A DNA stretch of 64,000 nucleotides, taken from NCBI GenBank assembly GCA_964016885.1, contig OZ024741.1, forward strand, positions 359,538,001 through 359,602,000. Direction: 5' to 3'. The notes beneath the pieces were generated by a model, which ran no database searches, was not told where the DNA came from, and was given only the letters and a program-made list of their open reading frames with translations. Made by a program: the position numbers and the translations under genes. Positions 37,482 to 50,879 of the stretch are shown piece by piece. Origin of the DNA: Eledone cirrhosa (lineage: Eukaryota). Numbering within the stretch: the stretch's first letter is position 1; each line of letters begins with the position of its first letter.

Positions 37482-37996
37482 TCTACTTATATATATAACC
37501 AGCAATTTCTCTGTCTGTCTGTCCGACAGTGGAAACACGTGCGTAGAGAGAGAGTGAGAGTGAAAGAAAGAGACAGACTACGAGAGGGGGATAGCGGGAG
37601 GGAGAGAGAGAGAGTGAATAGACGCTAAAACACGTGCTACAGAAACATTACCTTCCCCTCTCCACTGACTTTGGTCACTGAGGCCGAGGGAATCGCGCTG
37701 AGCGCGTCATAATGACGTAATGCAGACAGCCAGACATACAGACAGATATTATAAGGGCGCAACGTTATATCTATGTATCTATCTAAAAAGAAAGACTAAG
37801 AATTATATAGAGAGAACGCTAAATCGCCTAATGCGGTCCCTAGGGCATTGAAAATTTGAAATAATTTTTGCTCAAAACACTCACAGGACCATAAGTATTA
37901 CATGTCTAAAGTTTGAAAACAATCGGTTGGATGGTTCTCAAGTTTTAGTGAGCTGACAGACAGACAGACATTCTCTGTTTTAGATATATAGACTAG
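37482..37996. mobile_element. Helitron-like non-autonomous fragments
   Basis: TCTACTTATATATATAA start at 37482; minus-strand TCTATATAT..(TCTG)n start at 37992; 37716-37802 is inverted to 39632-39718. Confidence 0.55.
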
Positions 37997-38028
37997 CAGA
38001 AAACCGCCCCCAGGTGGTTTTCTGCTAG

Positions 38029-38530
38029 TCTATATATATAAAACTGAGGATGTCTGTGTGTGTGTGTGTGTCTGTGAGTTTGAATCCCTAAAACTTGAGA
38101 AGTACCCAACCTATTTTTTTCAAACTCTACATGTGTATTATTTATGTTTCAGGGAGTGTTATGCACATAAAATTCAACTTTTTGATCCCCTAGGGCCCGC
38201 ATTAGGTGAAAAACTGCGTTTTTTTTCAGCTTTTTAGGGGTTTTTTGAGGCGTTACGTTAGACTGATTTCCTTGAAATTGTAACTATGTCTCTTCTTCAT
38301 ACCGTGAGCAAAGAAAATCCAACTTTTTTATGGCCTAGGGCCCGCATTAGGTGAAAACCTGCATTTTTCCTCCTTCATCGAGGAAAATCTTAAAGATTAT
38401 CCAGCCATCAGAGTATTCGGTTTATTTTCTTTACATATTGTCCAGGCATGCAGTTTTTCCACGATTAGGTCTGTTGGCGGCCCGCATTCCTAAATACCTT
38501 ATCCCGTGCAACGCCGGGTACCACTGCTAG
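38029..38530 (+). mobile_element. Non-autonomous Helitron
   Basis: 5' TCTATATATATAAA; 3' hairpin CCCGTGCAACGCCGGG then CTAG followed by T. Confidence 0.82.
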
Positions 38531-38919
38531 TATATATATATATATGAGATATATATCATTTTACAAAACAATATAAGAGGTTATAACCATAGGTGAAGAT
38601 GTTAAACACAGCTCAAAATAGGGTAATTCATCATAATAAGCAAAAAAAAAGGCTATGTATCACACCCTTCTGAAAGAGTTTTCCAAAAAAGGTATGTATA
38701 CAAACTCCTACTATACAAAAAACAACAATTACACTAAATTATTCATTAAAAAAAAGACACCAAATACATTAAATGTATTAATGTATTAATGTATTTGGTG
38801 TCTTTTTTTAATGTATATATATACATATATATATATATTATATATATTATATATTATATATATTATATATTAAAATTATATTAAAATATATTAAATTATA
38901 TTAAAATATATTATATATT

Positions 38920-39342
38920 AAAATTCAGGGAGAAAAAAACTCAATTTATGGGAATATAAACAAGATAGACAAAAAAAGATATTCTATCTAAACTTGCTTA
39001 TATTTCCCTGATCTCCCTGCCATGGGTTCATATGGAGAATAATTCTTATTCTTAATTTGTCAAGTTGTACCAGGGGGTCTTTTGGCTGCTATTTCTAGTA
39101 ACGTTCTAAGCATGTCATATAGTCCTAATATGCTAGGGGACTTTTTATCATATAATGCTGTGTGTTTTTATTCCAGCATGCTACCTCAGCAAATAGAACA
39201 GTATGTAAGATTTCTTGGTCAATTTCTTAGACTTTGAAGAATTAAACTGAGGAGTATGGCGGATTCTTCAATTATTGGTGGTTCCAATAAGAATTCTTCT
39301 CCATATGAAACCATTGAGTTTTTTTCTCGCTTAATTTTAATA
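38920..39342. mobile_element. Decayed foldback element
   Basis: 38920-38945 and 39028-39050 are inverted to 39286-39340; residual CTGAGGA at 39248. Confidence 0.45.
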
Positions 39343-40066
39343 TATAATATAGTTTCTCTGAGAGATTCTTCTCATTGAGATGTTTAAGTATTAGTGACTA
39401 ATTAACTTTTAATTATATATATATATATATATATATTATATCTATACATATATATAAAACTGAAATTGTCTGTGTGTGTGTGTCCTAATTTTTGCAAAGT
39501 CACATTTCTACTCCCATTGACTTCAAACTTGCTTTTATATATTCTTTGCGGTCTAAAGATATTAACTGCAGCTTTTAATTTTTCAATTTTCTGTTGTTAA
39601 ATGCCGGTTAACAATCTCTCTCTCTCTCTCTTTCTTAATCTGTCTTTTTAGATAGATACATAGCTATAACGTCGCGCCCTTATAATATCTGTCTGTATGT
39701 CTGGCTGTCTGCATTACGACATTATGAAAACATTGTTCTCATTGCTGACGTATTATCTTCGGTATTTTCCGTATATTGCCAGGGAACGTCTTCACGAACC
39801 AAAATATCGTCTTCCTGTTTTCCTTCGTTTGCAACGTTTTTTGAAATATTTACTTCTGCGTTCACAGATTGATTTTTTTAGTTTCAGAAGATCCCGTTAA
39901 GGGTGAAAGCAGCGATTCTTTGCTTAAACTTTAATCTGTTATTTTAATATATATATATATAAACGTAAAAAATGAAACGAAATTTCATTTCTCACTCTTA
40001 GTACGGCTGTTACTTAAATATAAGTATGTATACGTACATACATACATGTATACAGACGTACAGTAG

Positions 40067-40120
<54 letters not shown>

Positions 40121-40271
40121 TACATACATGCACACATATATATATATATGTACGTATGGATTCACCGAACATTTATTATAATGCTCGGTGTGTTTGTAAA
40201 CAAACATCCCGAATTAAGCCGTACAGTGTCTAGCAACCATCGTTGCTCATTTGTTCAACACTGACAAAGGA

Positions 40272-40314
40272 ACGCTGTACTAGTTTCAAGCTTATTAGCT
40301 ATCGTCAGCAACGT
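40272..40314 (-). ncRNA. Minimal type I hammerhead ribozyme
   Basis: acgttg-CTGACGA-t.agct.aata.agct.t-GAAA-ctag-TA-cagcgt. Confidence 0.8.
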
Positions 40315-40725
40315 ATACATTGTACAGCGTAGTACAACGTTCCTTTGTCAGTGTTGAACAAATGAGCAACGATGGTTGCTAGACATTGTACGGCTTAATT
40401 CGGGATGTTTGTTTACAAACACACCAAGCATTATAATAAATGTTCGGTGAATCCATACGTACATATATATATGTGTGCATGTATGTATATATGTATATAT
40501 ATATATATATACATACTACTGTACGTCTGTATACATGTATGTATGTACGTATACATACTTATATTTAAGTAACAGCCGTACTAAGAGTGAGAAATGAAAT
40601 TTTGTTTCATTTTTTTCCGTTTATCGTTTTCGGTACCCCGGCCGATTAACTCACTTGATATGCAAATTAGGCTGCATAAGGAAAGTATATACTTTCAGAC
40701 GTTCAACCATCTGGCAGGAAGGTAT

Positions 40726-40768
40726 ACATTGCTGACGATAGCTAATAAGCTTGAAACTACTACAGCGT
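40726..40768 (+). ncRNA. Minimal type I hammerhead ribozyme, second copy
   Basis: acattg-CTGACGA-tagctaataagctt-GAAA-ctac-TA-cagcgt; one mismatch each in helix I and helix III. Confidence 0.65.
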
Positions 40769-40915
40769 TCCTTTGTCAGTGTTGAACAAATGAGCAACAA
40801 TGGTTGCTAGACACTGTACGGCTTAACTCGGGATGTTTGTTTACAAACACACCGACCATTATAATAAATGTTCGGTGAATCCATACGTACATATATATAT
40901 GTGTGCATGTATGTA

Positions 40916-40947
<32 letters not shown>

Positions 40948-40995
40948 CATACTACTGTACGTCTGTATACATGTATGTATACATGTATGTATACA

Positions 40996-43632
40996 TAGCT
41001 TAGTTGTCAGCGACCTCACGGTCAGAACTAGACGAACCCGGAAACAGAGGCCAACCTGGAGAAGAAAATTCTGGAAGCTGAAAGTCCCCTCAACCAGTAA
41101 CAGATTTAAAGATATTTTACTCAACGCCTACGACAGTAAAGAAGAACAGATAGAGACATTTAACGTAGAAGAGAACTGGGAGTTCCTAAAAAATAACTTA
41201 CTAGAGGCGACGGATGAGGTTTGTGGCTGGAGTAAGACCTCAAGCAGGAGGAGAGTGACTTGGTGGTGGAACAATAAGGTAGATGAAGCAGTCAAGGCCA
41301 AGAGACAGGCATGGAAAGAATGGAAGAACGGGGGGAGCAGGGTACATTACATAGAGACCAAGAGGGAAGCTAGGCGACAAGTATACTTAGCTAGGAGGGA
41401 AGCAGAGGATAGAAAATTCAAGCATGTTTTACAACGTGAGGACCAGAAACAGGAGGTATTCAAGATTGCGAGGCAGTATGTCAGAGATAGTTGTGATGTC
41501 ATTGGAGAGAAGTGTATCCGGAATGATAAAGGTGAGTTTGCCCTCACAAGTGCTGAGAAGAAAGATGCATGGAAGAGTCATTATGATAGATTACTAAATG
41601 AGGAGAATGCATGGGAAGAAGAGACCCTACCCCACGTAGACCCTATAGAGGGACCAGCAGTACAAGTCAGCGGCAGAGTAGTTAGTAAGGCAATCAGAGA
41701 TATGAAGATAGGGAAGGCAACCGGTCCATCGGGTATAGCTGCCGAGATGCTGAAGGCATCTGGGTCTGTAGGTCACACTATAACCACACGTATCGTTAAC
41801 CAGGTAATACTAGAAGGGGCCATACCAAAAGATTGGTGCAGTAGCATCATTGTCAACTGCTACAAAGGTAAAGGCGATGCACTAGATAGAGGAAACTATA
41901 GAGGTATAAAGTTGATGGACCAGGTCATGAAAGTAACAGAAAGAGTTATAGCACAGCTGATTAGGGACCGGGTGAATATAGACGAGATGCAATTTGGGTT
42001 TGTACCAGGGAAAGGCACCACTGATGCCCTCTTCCTTGTGAGGCAATTACAGGAAAAGTACCTAGCTAAAAGTAAGCCACTCTACTTGGCATTTGTCGAC
42101 CCTGAGAAAGCCTTTGACAGAGTTCCACGTGCAGTAATCTGGTGGGCTCTTAGAAAACTAGGAGTAGATGAATGGCTTGTGAAAGCGGTACAAGCCATGT
42201 ATAGGGGAGCAGTCAGCAAAGTTAGGATTAGCAATGAGTATAGCGAGGAATTTAGCGTACAGGTTGGGGTCCACCAGGGCTCTGTTCTTAGCCCTCTCCT
42301 GTTCATCATAGTCCTGCAGGCAATAACGGAGGAGTTTAAGACCGGATGCCCATGGGAACTCCTGTATGCTGATGACCTCGCACTCATAGCTGAATCTATG
42401 GTAGAACTAGAGAATAAATTCCAAACCTGGAAGCAGGGACTAGAGAGAAAGGGCCTCAAAGTCAACATGACAAAGACTAAGGTCCTTGTAAGTAGACGAG
42501 AAAACAGAACCCAGATCCCCTCAGGGAAATGGCCTTGCTCAGTATGTAGGAAAGGTGTAGGTAGGAACTCCATTCTCTGCCCCAAATGCAAACAATGGGT
42601 ACACAAGAGATGTAGCGGGATCTCAGGAAGCTTAATTAAGAATGTAGGATTCACATGCAGCAGCTGTGCTGAAACAGCAAGCAAACAGCCACAGGAAACA
42701 AGTACCACCAATCTCTGGGAGGGCCCTGTAGAAACAGTAGACAGCTTCTGCTACCTAGGTGACCGAATTAGCAACGGAGGTGGGTGCTCAGAAAGTACAA
42801 TAACTAGGGTAAGAACGGGATGGAAGAAGTTTAGGGAACTACTACCACTGCTAGCTGCAAAAGGCTTCTCCCTCAGAATGAAAGGCAGACTGTATGATGC
42901 GTGTATCCGAACAGCGATGTTGCATGGTAGTGAGACCTGGGCGCTGAAGGTGGAAGACTTACGTAGATTAGAGAGAAACGAAGCCTGCATGCTCCGATGG
43001 ATGTGTAACAGTAATATACGTGAACGACAAAGCATAAAGGAATTGAGAGAGAGACTGAGCATAAGAGGAATCAAATGCTGCGTGCAGGAGAGGCGGTTAC
43101 GCTGGTATGGACATGTGATGCGTATGAAGGATGACAGCTGCATAAAAAGGTGCAGAGCACTAGAAGTTGATGGAAACCGCGGAGTGGGGAGACCCAAGAT
43201 GACTTGGGATGAGGTGATAAAAGCCGACCTTACCCAACTACACCTCTCAAAGTCAATGACACACGACCGTGACTTCTGGCGTCACGCAGTAATACAGGGT
43301 ACCCGACCTCCCATGGGTACATGCTGAAGCATATAAACAATATGCCCCCACTCCCCCCACCGCAAGGTGGTCGTGGAGGTGCCACGGCAAAAAAGCACCC
43401 AGCCCACACTGTAAAGTGGACGTGTAGGCGCCACGAAAAAGCACCCAGCACTCACTGTAAATGAGGTTGGTGTTAGGAAGGGCATCCAGCTGTAGAAATC
43501 AAGCCAGATCAGTTCCTGTATGAGCAAGGCATGGTCAGCCGACCAGACACTGCCCACAACAGGACAACCCGTCTAACCCATGCTAGCGTGGAAGAACGGA
43601 CGTAAAACGGTGATGATGATGATGATGATGAT
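40996..43632 (+). mobile_element. 5'-truncated RTE LINE (subfamily B) with long open frame
   Basis: ORF to 43327 with RT and PHD-like finger; repeated 3'UTR; (ATG)n tail. Confidence 0.95.
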
Positions 43633-43909
43633 GTACGTATACATACTTATATATATATATAATTATATATTCGTGAACAGATATTTTTGCATACACAAAA
43701 ACAAAATATAAACAAACGTATTTATTTCATGAAAGCACAGACGGCTTATCGTCATTGTTACTGCCGATATGCCATCCCAAAAGTCCCACTACTTTTGGCA
43801 CAAGGCCAGCAATTACATAGTCAACGGTTCGGACATCACATGCATCACTGACGAGTTTACTCCTTACTCTACCAGTTAGTCTTAGTGTACTTCGTCCTGC
43901 TTTTAGGTC

Positions 43910-44275
43910 ATGGCTCGAAGGAAGAGATATTCCATTGGCCGAAATACTGCGAAAGTGGCAAAAAAAAGAACAGGGCAGGCAAATGAATCATCAATGGAAT
44001 CTGCTATTCAACGGTCACAAGATGCTGAACGTACTGCCACCAGAAGAGCACTTGAAACAGACAACCAACGAACCATTCGCCAAACCATGTCAGCTTTGCA
44101 ATGTCTATCAATAAATCCCAGGGTCAGACTCTAGCTGTTGCTGGTCTTCTTTTGGAAGAGTCATGTTTTTCACACGGGCAACTATACGTTGGCTGCTGAA
44201 GAGTGGGAAGCAAGACAAATCTCTTTGCATATGCCCGACATGGAAGAACAAGGAGGTGCTACAATCATTGTTTAG
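43910..44275 (+). mobile_element. Internally deleted Helitron (RepHel N-terminus fused to Pif1 helicase end)
   Basis: Basic N-terminus joined to FAMSINKSQGQTL..F.HGQLYV (helicase motifs V/VI). Confidence 0.78.
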
Positions 44276-44604
44276 GTAGACGAGGCAGAAGGGGATATAC
44301 ACGATTGGCTGAAGAAGGACGAGACTGTGTTAGTAGTACGACCAAAGGCTGCTATCACACCAACAGCAGCAAAAACAACAACAAAAAAGAGAGGGAACGC
44401 AATAACGTTTTTTTTAAATCTTAATGGAAAATTATTTGCCTAAACATAAAATGTAGACACCATCCCCAGGCCGAGGTATTCCATACTTCTCTGTACTGTT
44501 TCAGAAAGGAGGGATAAACATGCCAATCTATGCCAATTTATTAGTATCATGCTTATATACATATATACATATACATGTATATACACATGCACACACACAT
44601 ATGA

Positions 44605-44830
44605 ACCTGCTATACTCTGTAAAGTACTAGTGCTGATGCCATGCTAAAATGCACCCAGTTCACTCTTTCAAATGGTTGGTGTTAGTAAGGACACTCAGCT
44701 ATTAAAATCATGTCAAAAGTGGAATGTATGGGCAAGATGTGGTCTCTCCAGCCTGTCTCGTTTCAGACCATGGTAACCTGTCCAACCCATACAAACATGG
44801 AAAGCAGATGTAAAATGATGATGGTGATGA
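44605..44830 (+). mobile_element. Bipartite non-autonomous RTE derivative
   Basis: Degenerate 5'UTR motif joined to RTE 3' tail and (ATG)n; similar piece at 49015-49200. Confidence 0.65.
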
Positions 44831-45439
44831 TATATAAGGTTAACGTATGTTGATGCCCTAAGGACAGACACTGGTCTGTTGGAGACGCAGGACATGGCAG
44901 CGATAATGAGGGACAGAGACTGCTGGAGAGAACTCGTCCATGGATCTCGGGAATTTTACCTGCCCTAGATAGATAGATACATGTACATATAGGAAAAGAG
45001 TCAGGACCCCGGGGTACTGAATTAGATGTATTTTATTAATCCCGGTTTTCTTGTTTTAGACTCTAGTTTTTTAATTTTATAATTTCCCATTTTTAGATTC
45101 CTGTATAATTCTATTTTCACCTGCTTTTTAGCTAGCCTACCTTATCCACACTCCTTAGAAATTGCTGTATAGAATACACTTTTAACACTTGACCGACTTC
45201 ACCCACTCCCTCTTTGTTCTACAGGCAAGTTCAGCCACCACCCCCACCCTCTACCTGCCACCATGAAAGATTTAACTTTGACCACTCCTTATGATAACTA
45301 CCTGGGTCCTTACCACACTTCCTTCATTACACATGTACATATATATTCTTTTTTATCTTTTTTGTTTTGTTCATTTAAAAACAATGTAAAATTTATTAAA
45401 CTAAAGAGAATATGTGAATAAACTACAATATAAAAGGCA

Positions 45440-46315
45440 ATAAGGAAACAAAAAAAAAAATTCAGGAAAGGCGAGGGGCCGACAGAATGTACACTCCAGG
45501 CTCAGCAGTATGTTTCAGCTATATCCCTGTAGATAAAATGGTGAAGACATTTCTGCAGAGAATGACCAGCGACACATGCTGCAAAAGCTACTCCAGCTCA
45601 TGAGGCTCTTTCCTCGAATGGGCTGCTGTCTTTCTGATTTTACCGAGGAAAACAGCAGTGCGGTGACTGAGGTCTCAACTGGGTCTGGTACAGAAAGGAG
45701 GCAGTTGGTCAAGCTCTTATATTTGTGTATATTCTCCTCTGTATTACAGGGAGCAGTGCTTGGATTTACAGTTGAAGTGAGACAGTTGAGGGCAGAGAGC
45801 ATGTTGCAGCATGTGGCATCCCAGATTAGGGATTTACCTTTCTCAAATTGGAAGAGAGTTATCTCATCTGGGTGCTTACCATCATGGTGGTTGAGGTCAG
45901 CTGATTCCAGTTGTGATGAGAAGCTGGTACATCAAGGCTACTTTTGATTAAATCATTCAGAGTGGCGTGTCAGGGGATCTGATCTGCACTATAGCAGCAG
46001 AATATCAGAAGCAGACCTAACTCATCAACAATGGCTCCCCAACAGCATTAGTGAAACTCACACAAACGGAGGTCTAGGCCCGTGTAGTTATTTGGCTGTG
46101 AAGCAGAATGGAGGCAGGTGAGACAGTGTTGATGCTAAGAAAACTCTATCTGCCTGAAAGTTGACCTGCAATTGATGTCATCCCAGTTGTGTTGAACATC
46201 TGCTTACATGGATTTCATGAATCAAATCGGTCAGAGTTGACTCCAGTTCCCAGTCCACATCTGGTTCTGCTGTCTTGCGGAGGACCTCACTGATGAGGGT
46301 GAAGCTGGAGGAGAT
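45440..46315 (-). mobile_element. CRE-like RLE non-LTR retrotransposon 3' fragment
   Basis: DGKHPDEITLFQFEKGKSLIWDATC and P..VET motifs on the minus strand. Confidence 0.7.
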
Positions 46316-47097
46316 TGAGGATACTGACAGGCAGACAGACAAACAGACAGACAAATAAAACAGACAGACAAATAGACAGACAGACAAATAGATATATGAA
46401 GATAAAGTAAGAATAGTGTAGTAAGTAGAAAGATGAATGGACTAAAAGATGGAAAGTGCAGTAAGAGAACTAATAGAATGAGATGGATTGAGAAGCAGAC
46501 AAACATTTAAATGGTAGAGCTAAAGTAAATATTTCTTTACCGCAACTGACTTCCTTATAATCTTTTTCTATCTTACTAAGAAATAAAATAGATTTCATTG
46601 ATTTCTCTAAGTTTCCCTCTTTCTTCTTTCATTCACCCTCTCCCGTTCTCACTCTCTCTATATATATATAGAGAGAGAGGGTGGGAATGTGAGGGAAAGA
46701 AAGGGAGAGAGAGAATGAAAGAAGAAAGATATATATATATAATTCTCTATAGTTTTCTATCTAACTATCCATCAATCTATTCAGCTAGATAGTTCTCATG
46801 CTTTTTCTGTCCCTCAGAGCTTTCTTCTGACAAATTCTTTAAAAGCTAATAAATGCTGTTCTAAAGTACTGAAATATAAGTAATATATAAAACAAATCCC
46901 TCACTCCCCACTCTCCTCTCATCACTCCTCCTCCTATTCTCTCTCTGATGAAATATTTCTCTAGATGTGACATCACATAAAAGTTCTTGGTGCTAGTGGA
47001 GAGTGGGAACAAGGCAGAGAAAGAGAAAAAGATAGGGTGATATACACACAGAGATATATATGTATATCTATCTATCTATCAATCTCTCTTTATATAT

Positions 47098-47326
47098 CAT
47101 CATCATCATCATCATCATCATCATCGTTTAACGTCCGTGTTCCACGCTTGCATGGGTTTGGACGGGAGTTTTCCCACTTGTAGCAAGAGTGGTTGTCTTG
47201 CTCGCATAGGACTGTCTGGCGGGTTTTCTACAGTTGGATGCCCTTCCTAACACCAACCACATTTACAGTGTGGGACTGGGAGGTTTTTACCGTGTTGCCT
47301 ACACGGCCACATTACAGCGTGGACTG
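47098..47326 (-). mobile_element. RTE 3' end (subfamily C)
   Basis: Matches 330-545. Confidence 0.9.
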
Positions 47327-47342
47327 TATATATATAAATAAA

Positions 47343-47525
47343 TATGGATATAGTAAAAACCTGTTTAGACCATTACTCACCAGAGTACTCGATACTTGGG
47401 GTAGTAGAGTGTGGTTATATGAAAGAGTCGGGACCCCGACGGCTGAGCTCTTGCCATTTTAACAGTTTGGAACTAGCTGTTGAAACAGCAGGATCTCAGC
47501 CGCCAGGGTCCCAACTCTTTCATAT
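47343..47525. mobile_element. Foldback element family D
   Basis: 47417-47466 is inverted to 47476-47525; tail on the left. Confidence 0.75.
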
Positions 47526-47542
47526 TTCATATGTGTATAATA

Positions 47543-47581
<39 letters not shown>

Positions 47582-47584
47582 AAT

Positions 47585-47825
47585 AGAATGAAACAAAATT
47601 TCATTTCTCACTCTTATTACGGCAGTTACTTAAATGTAAGTATGTATGTATGTATATGTACATACATATATGTATACAGACGTACTGTAGTATGTATATA
47701 TATACATACATGCACACATATATATATGCACATATCGGTTTACCGAACATTTATTATAATGCTCGGTTTGTTTGTAAATATATATACATACTACTGTACG
47801 TCTGTATACATATATGTATATATAT
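47585..47825. mobile_element. Family F fragment
   Basis: Matches 39970-40200, with a short inverted piece. Confidence 0.75.
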
Positions 47826-49245
47826 ATAAGACAATGTACACACACAAGAAGTGTAATTCAGAGGGGTGGCATTGGCAATAGAAGCTACACCAAAACAGAA
47901 AATATTTTCAAAAAACAAAAAGAGAAACAAGCCAAAATATTTTGAGAATTTCAAATATATATTTGTAATATGATCACAACTGCATTCCAATCCTATGAAC
48001 TAACATTTCACCCAATCATCCACAAGTGAGCCTCTTATAAGGTCGTTTTACATGCTAGAAATAGTAGTCAAATATTCTCAAATCACACCATACTCAAAGT
48101 CACTGCCAGGGTATTTACTGCCCTATGTTAGCCCAATAATATGTGGCCCCTTCTTCCAGTTATGAGCCCTATTCAAGATAATTTCAACTTACAATTTAGC
48201 AAGACAATGAACCTAGTTTTTGTCACTTTTTGCTCTGACCACACAAAGAAAATTACTAAACCTGCACCTTCCACTACACAGTTCATACTCACTGAAATTA
48301 TGTGACAAGTCCATACAACCCTCTCCACTGTTTTGGATGTTTATGCTGAAAATGGTAAAGATGTTTCAGAATTTATTTATTGAATGCAGGAAAATATCAT
48401 ATAATTAATTTGATTATACAAATGTGTATAAAATTGTGATCCTTTAGTATTCAATATTACAGCTCCCTGAGGTGTGTATCCTAGGCAGCTTCCTAGCTGG
48501 CCTTAATGGTAATGCTGGTTTTGACAGTGCCGTAACTTCCTAAAAATTACACCCTATCATCTAAAAAAAGAAAAGGGATAGACACATTGGATAATGTAGT
48601 CCTAGATGCATGTCACATCAGAGAAATGTGATATTCACTTAATGATTATTATGTGTGTGTGAAAGCAGTATGGCTGAAAAATTAAGAAGTTTGCCCCAAA
48701 ATCACAAGCTCCAGGGTTTGATCCCAAGGCATAGTACTTGGGAAAATATCATTTACCATTAAAGCCTCAGGCTAAACTAACCTTTCTGAGTGTCGTTAGC
48801 AGGGCTGCTAAAACCTTTTTCTCAATAGTACCAAAAATTTTGTTTAAAAAGTACCAAAATATACAAAAACTTACCAAATCCAATTATCCCCTTTCATACA
48901 CCTCTCACGTCCTAATACTCCATCTTTCACCCATGTCCTAACACTACCCCTTCACCAGCTAAGTGCCCCACCTTAGATCTATCTCTCCAATCCCTACTTT
49001 ACATACTCGCACCTGCCCCCATCCCAGTCCACACTGTAAATGTGGTTGGTGTTAGGAAGGGCATCCAGATGCAGAATCCAAGCCAGAAACAGTTGTATAT
49101 GAGCAAGACACAGTCATCTAATGTGACTTGTCTCAACGTGACAACTCGTCTAACCTATGCTAGCATAGAAAAATGGATGTTAAACAGTGATGATGATGAT
49201 ACCCCACAAACGTTAAAAAAGAATATACTTTACATTTATTTTATA

Positions 49246-49859
49246 CTAGCCATCACCTGTGCCTTGCTGCGTTTCACACATTTTTTTTTGTAAGAAAATG
49301 ATTATTGATTTTAAATCAGTGATATAATTTATGGAGAAAAAAACAAAGGGAATTGTTAAAAAAGTAGAGGCATTAACTAAAATTTTTGTTGTCATAATTC
49401 TAGTGATGTTTTGCCATAGATAAAATGTCTAAATTAGCCAAATTTTACTATAAAAGAGAGGTGCTTTTTTTGTTGATTTACATTTAATTAATAGAAACCC
49501 CCGTGATAATAGAGGTTCCAATACTCAAGTTATGGGCTTCCAAAATTTTCCCTATAGGGGGTTTAACCCCCATTAGGGTGTCTTAATATTATTAAAATTT
49601 GCTGAAATTTTGTAAATAGGCATCATATCTTGTCATTTACTTATGGCTTAAATTTCATATAAATCGAAGGGAAAAGATTTTCAGCAGGGGTTTGTGCCCC
49701 CAGGGAACCCTTTCATTAAAATGAAATATACTTATCCAAGTACCCTGGGCAATATAGTTTCAGAATATATATGGTTATGGGGGTCTATCTCCAAACCCAT
49801 AGAAGGAGTTTGTGAACAAACAAACAAACAGACAAGAACTACAACTTTATATATATAGA
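49246..49859 (-). mobile_element. Non-autonomous Helitron
   Basis: Minus strand starts TCTATATATATAAAG and ends in a GC-rich subterminal stretch and CTAG. Confidence 0.7.
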
Positions 49860-49869
49860 TATTGTAATT

Positions 49870-50760
49870 AAAAAGAAATGTCTTCTTTCACACTTTTCTT
49901 GCTGTACCAGTTTCTTTCTTGTGGTTTGAGGCAAAGTTGCTGTTGTGGATGCCACTTAGAGCAGTTAACATTTTGCAGCAGAGACTTTGGTATTAGCCAG
50001 GCATTAAATGTTGATTTTTTAAAGCATTGCAATTTTTTTTGTTTTTATGTTGCTGAAAAGGGAGTAAACTCTTTCTTCAGCTGTTGAAGAATGTAACAAT
50101 GAAAGAAGTTGCATCATGAACTTAGATAGTAACAGGTGATATATGTCACCACATTTTTCTTGAGAAACAAGAAACCAGTATTCCTCATGCTCATTTTGTG
50201 CACTGTATCTTGCAGAGTCAATTCTCTCTATTCTCTATTTATTTGTTGATATTGGTCTTCATGCACAAGGCTGCAAATTTCATTGCCAATGGTATGATTG
50301 GTTTTGGTTTACCTTCAATAACATTGGTCAAGTCTAAAGCTACTAGAACAATGTCCATTGTTTCATCCACAATAAGGAAGAACTTTGCCTAATTTAGCTT
50401 AGACAATAAATCATTGAAGGCATAGGAACCGATGACATTTGAAAAAATACAATTTCCTTTAGTTCTTGCACATTTTATGTCTTTGGCGATTTTCTAATCA
50501 AAATAGCAATGGGAAGGTTGTGCTCATCAATAAATCTGCACAGTTTCAGCTCAGCTGATGCTATTTTCATTAAGTAAGCAGAACATTGAGCAGGCTTCAT
50601 GAAATCTGTCGCCGTCACTGTTTGTTTCACTACTTTCGCATTCTTTTGGTGTTTTTCTGTTTCTTTATGCCTTACTATTTGACTTAAGCTACTTGTTCCT
50701 TCAGCTGATGTACAGCAAAGGGCTACAATCCATCTCCACTTTGATCAGTTTTGAGCAAGC
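49870..50760 (-). mobile_element. Degenerate hAT-like transposase remnant
   Basis: H..TEKH, EHNLP, RTK and IVDET motifs across frameshifts. Confidence 0.55.
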
Positions 50761-50879
50761 TTTGGAGCCTGTACAAGTTGGTCTTTCTTTTTCACAGGTC
50801 TTCTTTTACAGTTGCATGCCAAATGGTTATTGTTCTACCTCAATATCTCTTGCACACGGGTGGTATCCAGTTCATGCCA

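Larger units (their letters stand above)
39960..40995. mobile_element. Family F: inverted plus tandem array of a ~430-bp hammerhead-bearing unit
   Basis: 39960-40285 is inverted to 40330-40624; a direct repeat runs 40670-40995 and resumes at 43632 after the RTE insertion. Confidence 0.85.
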
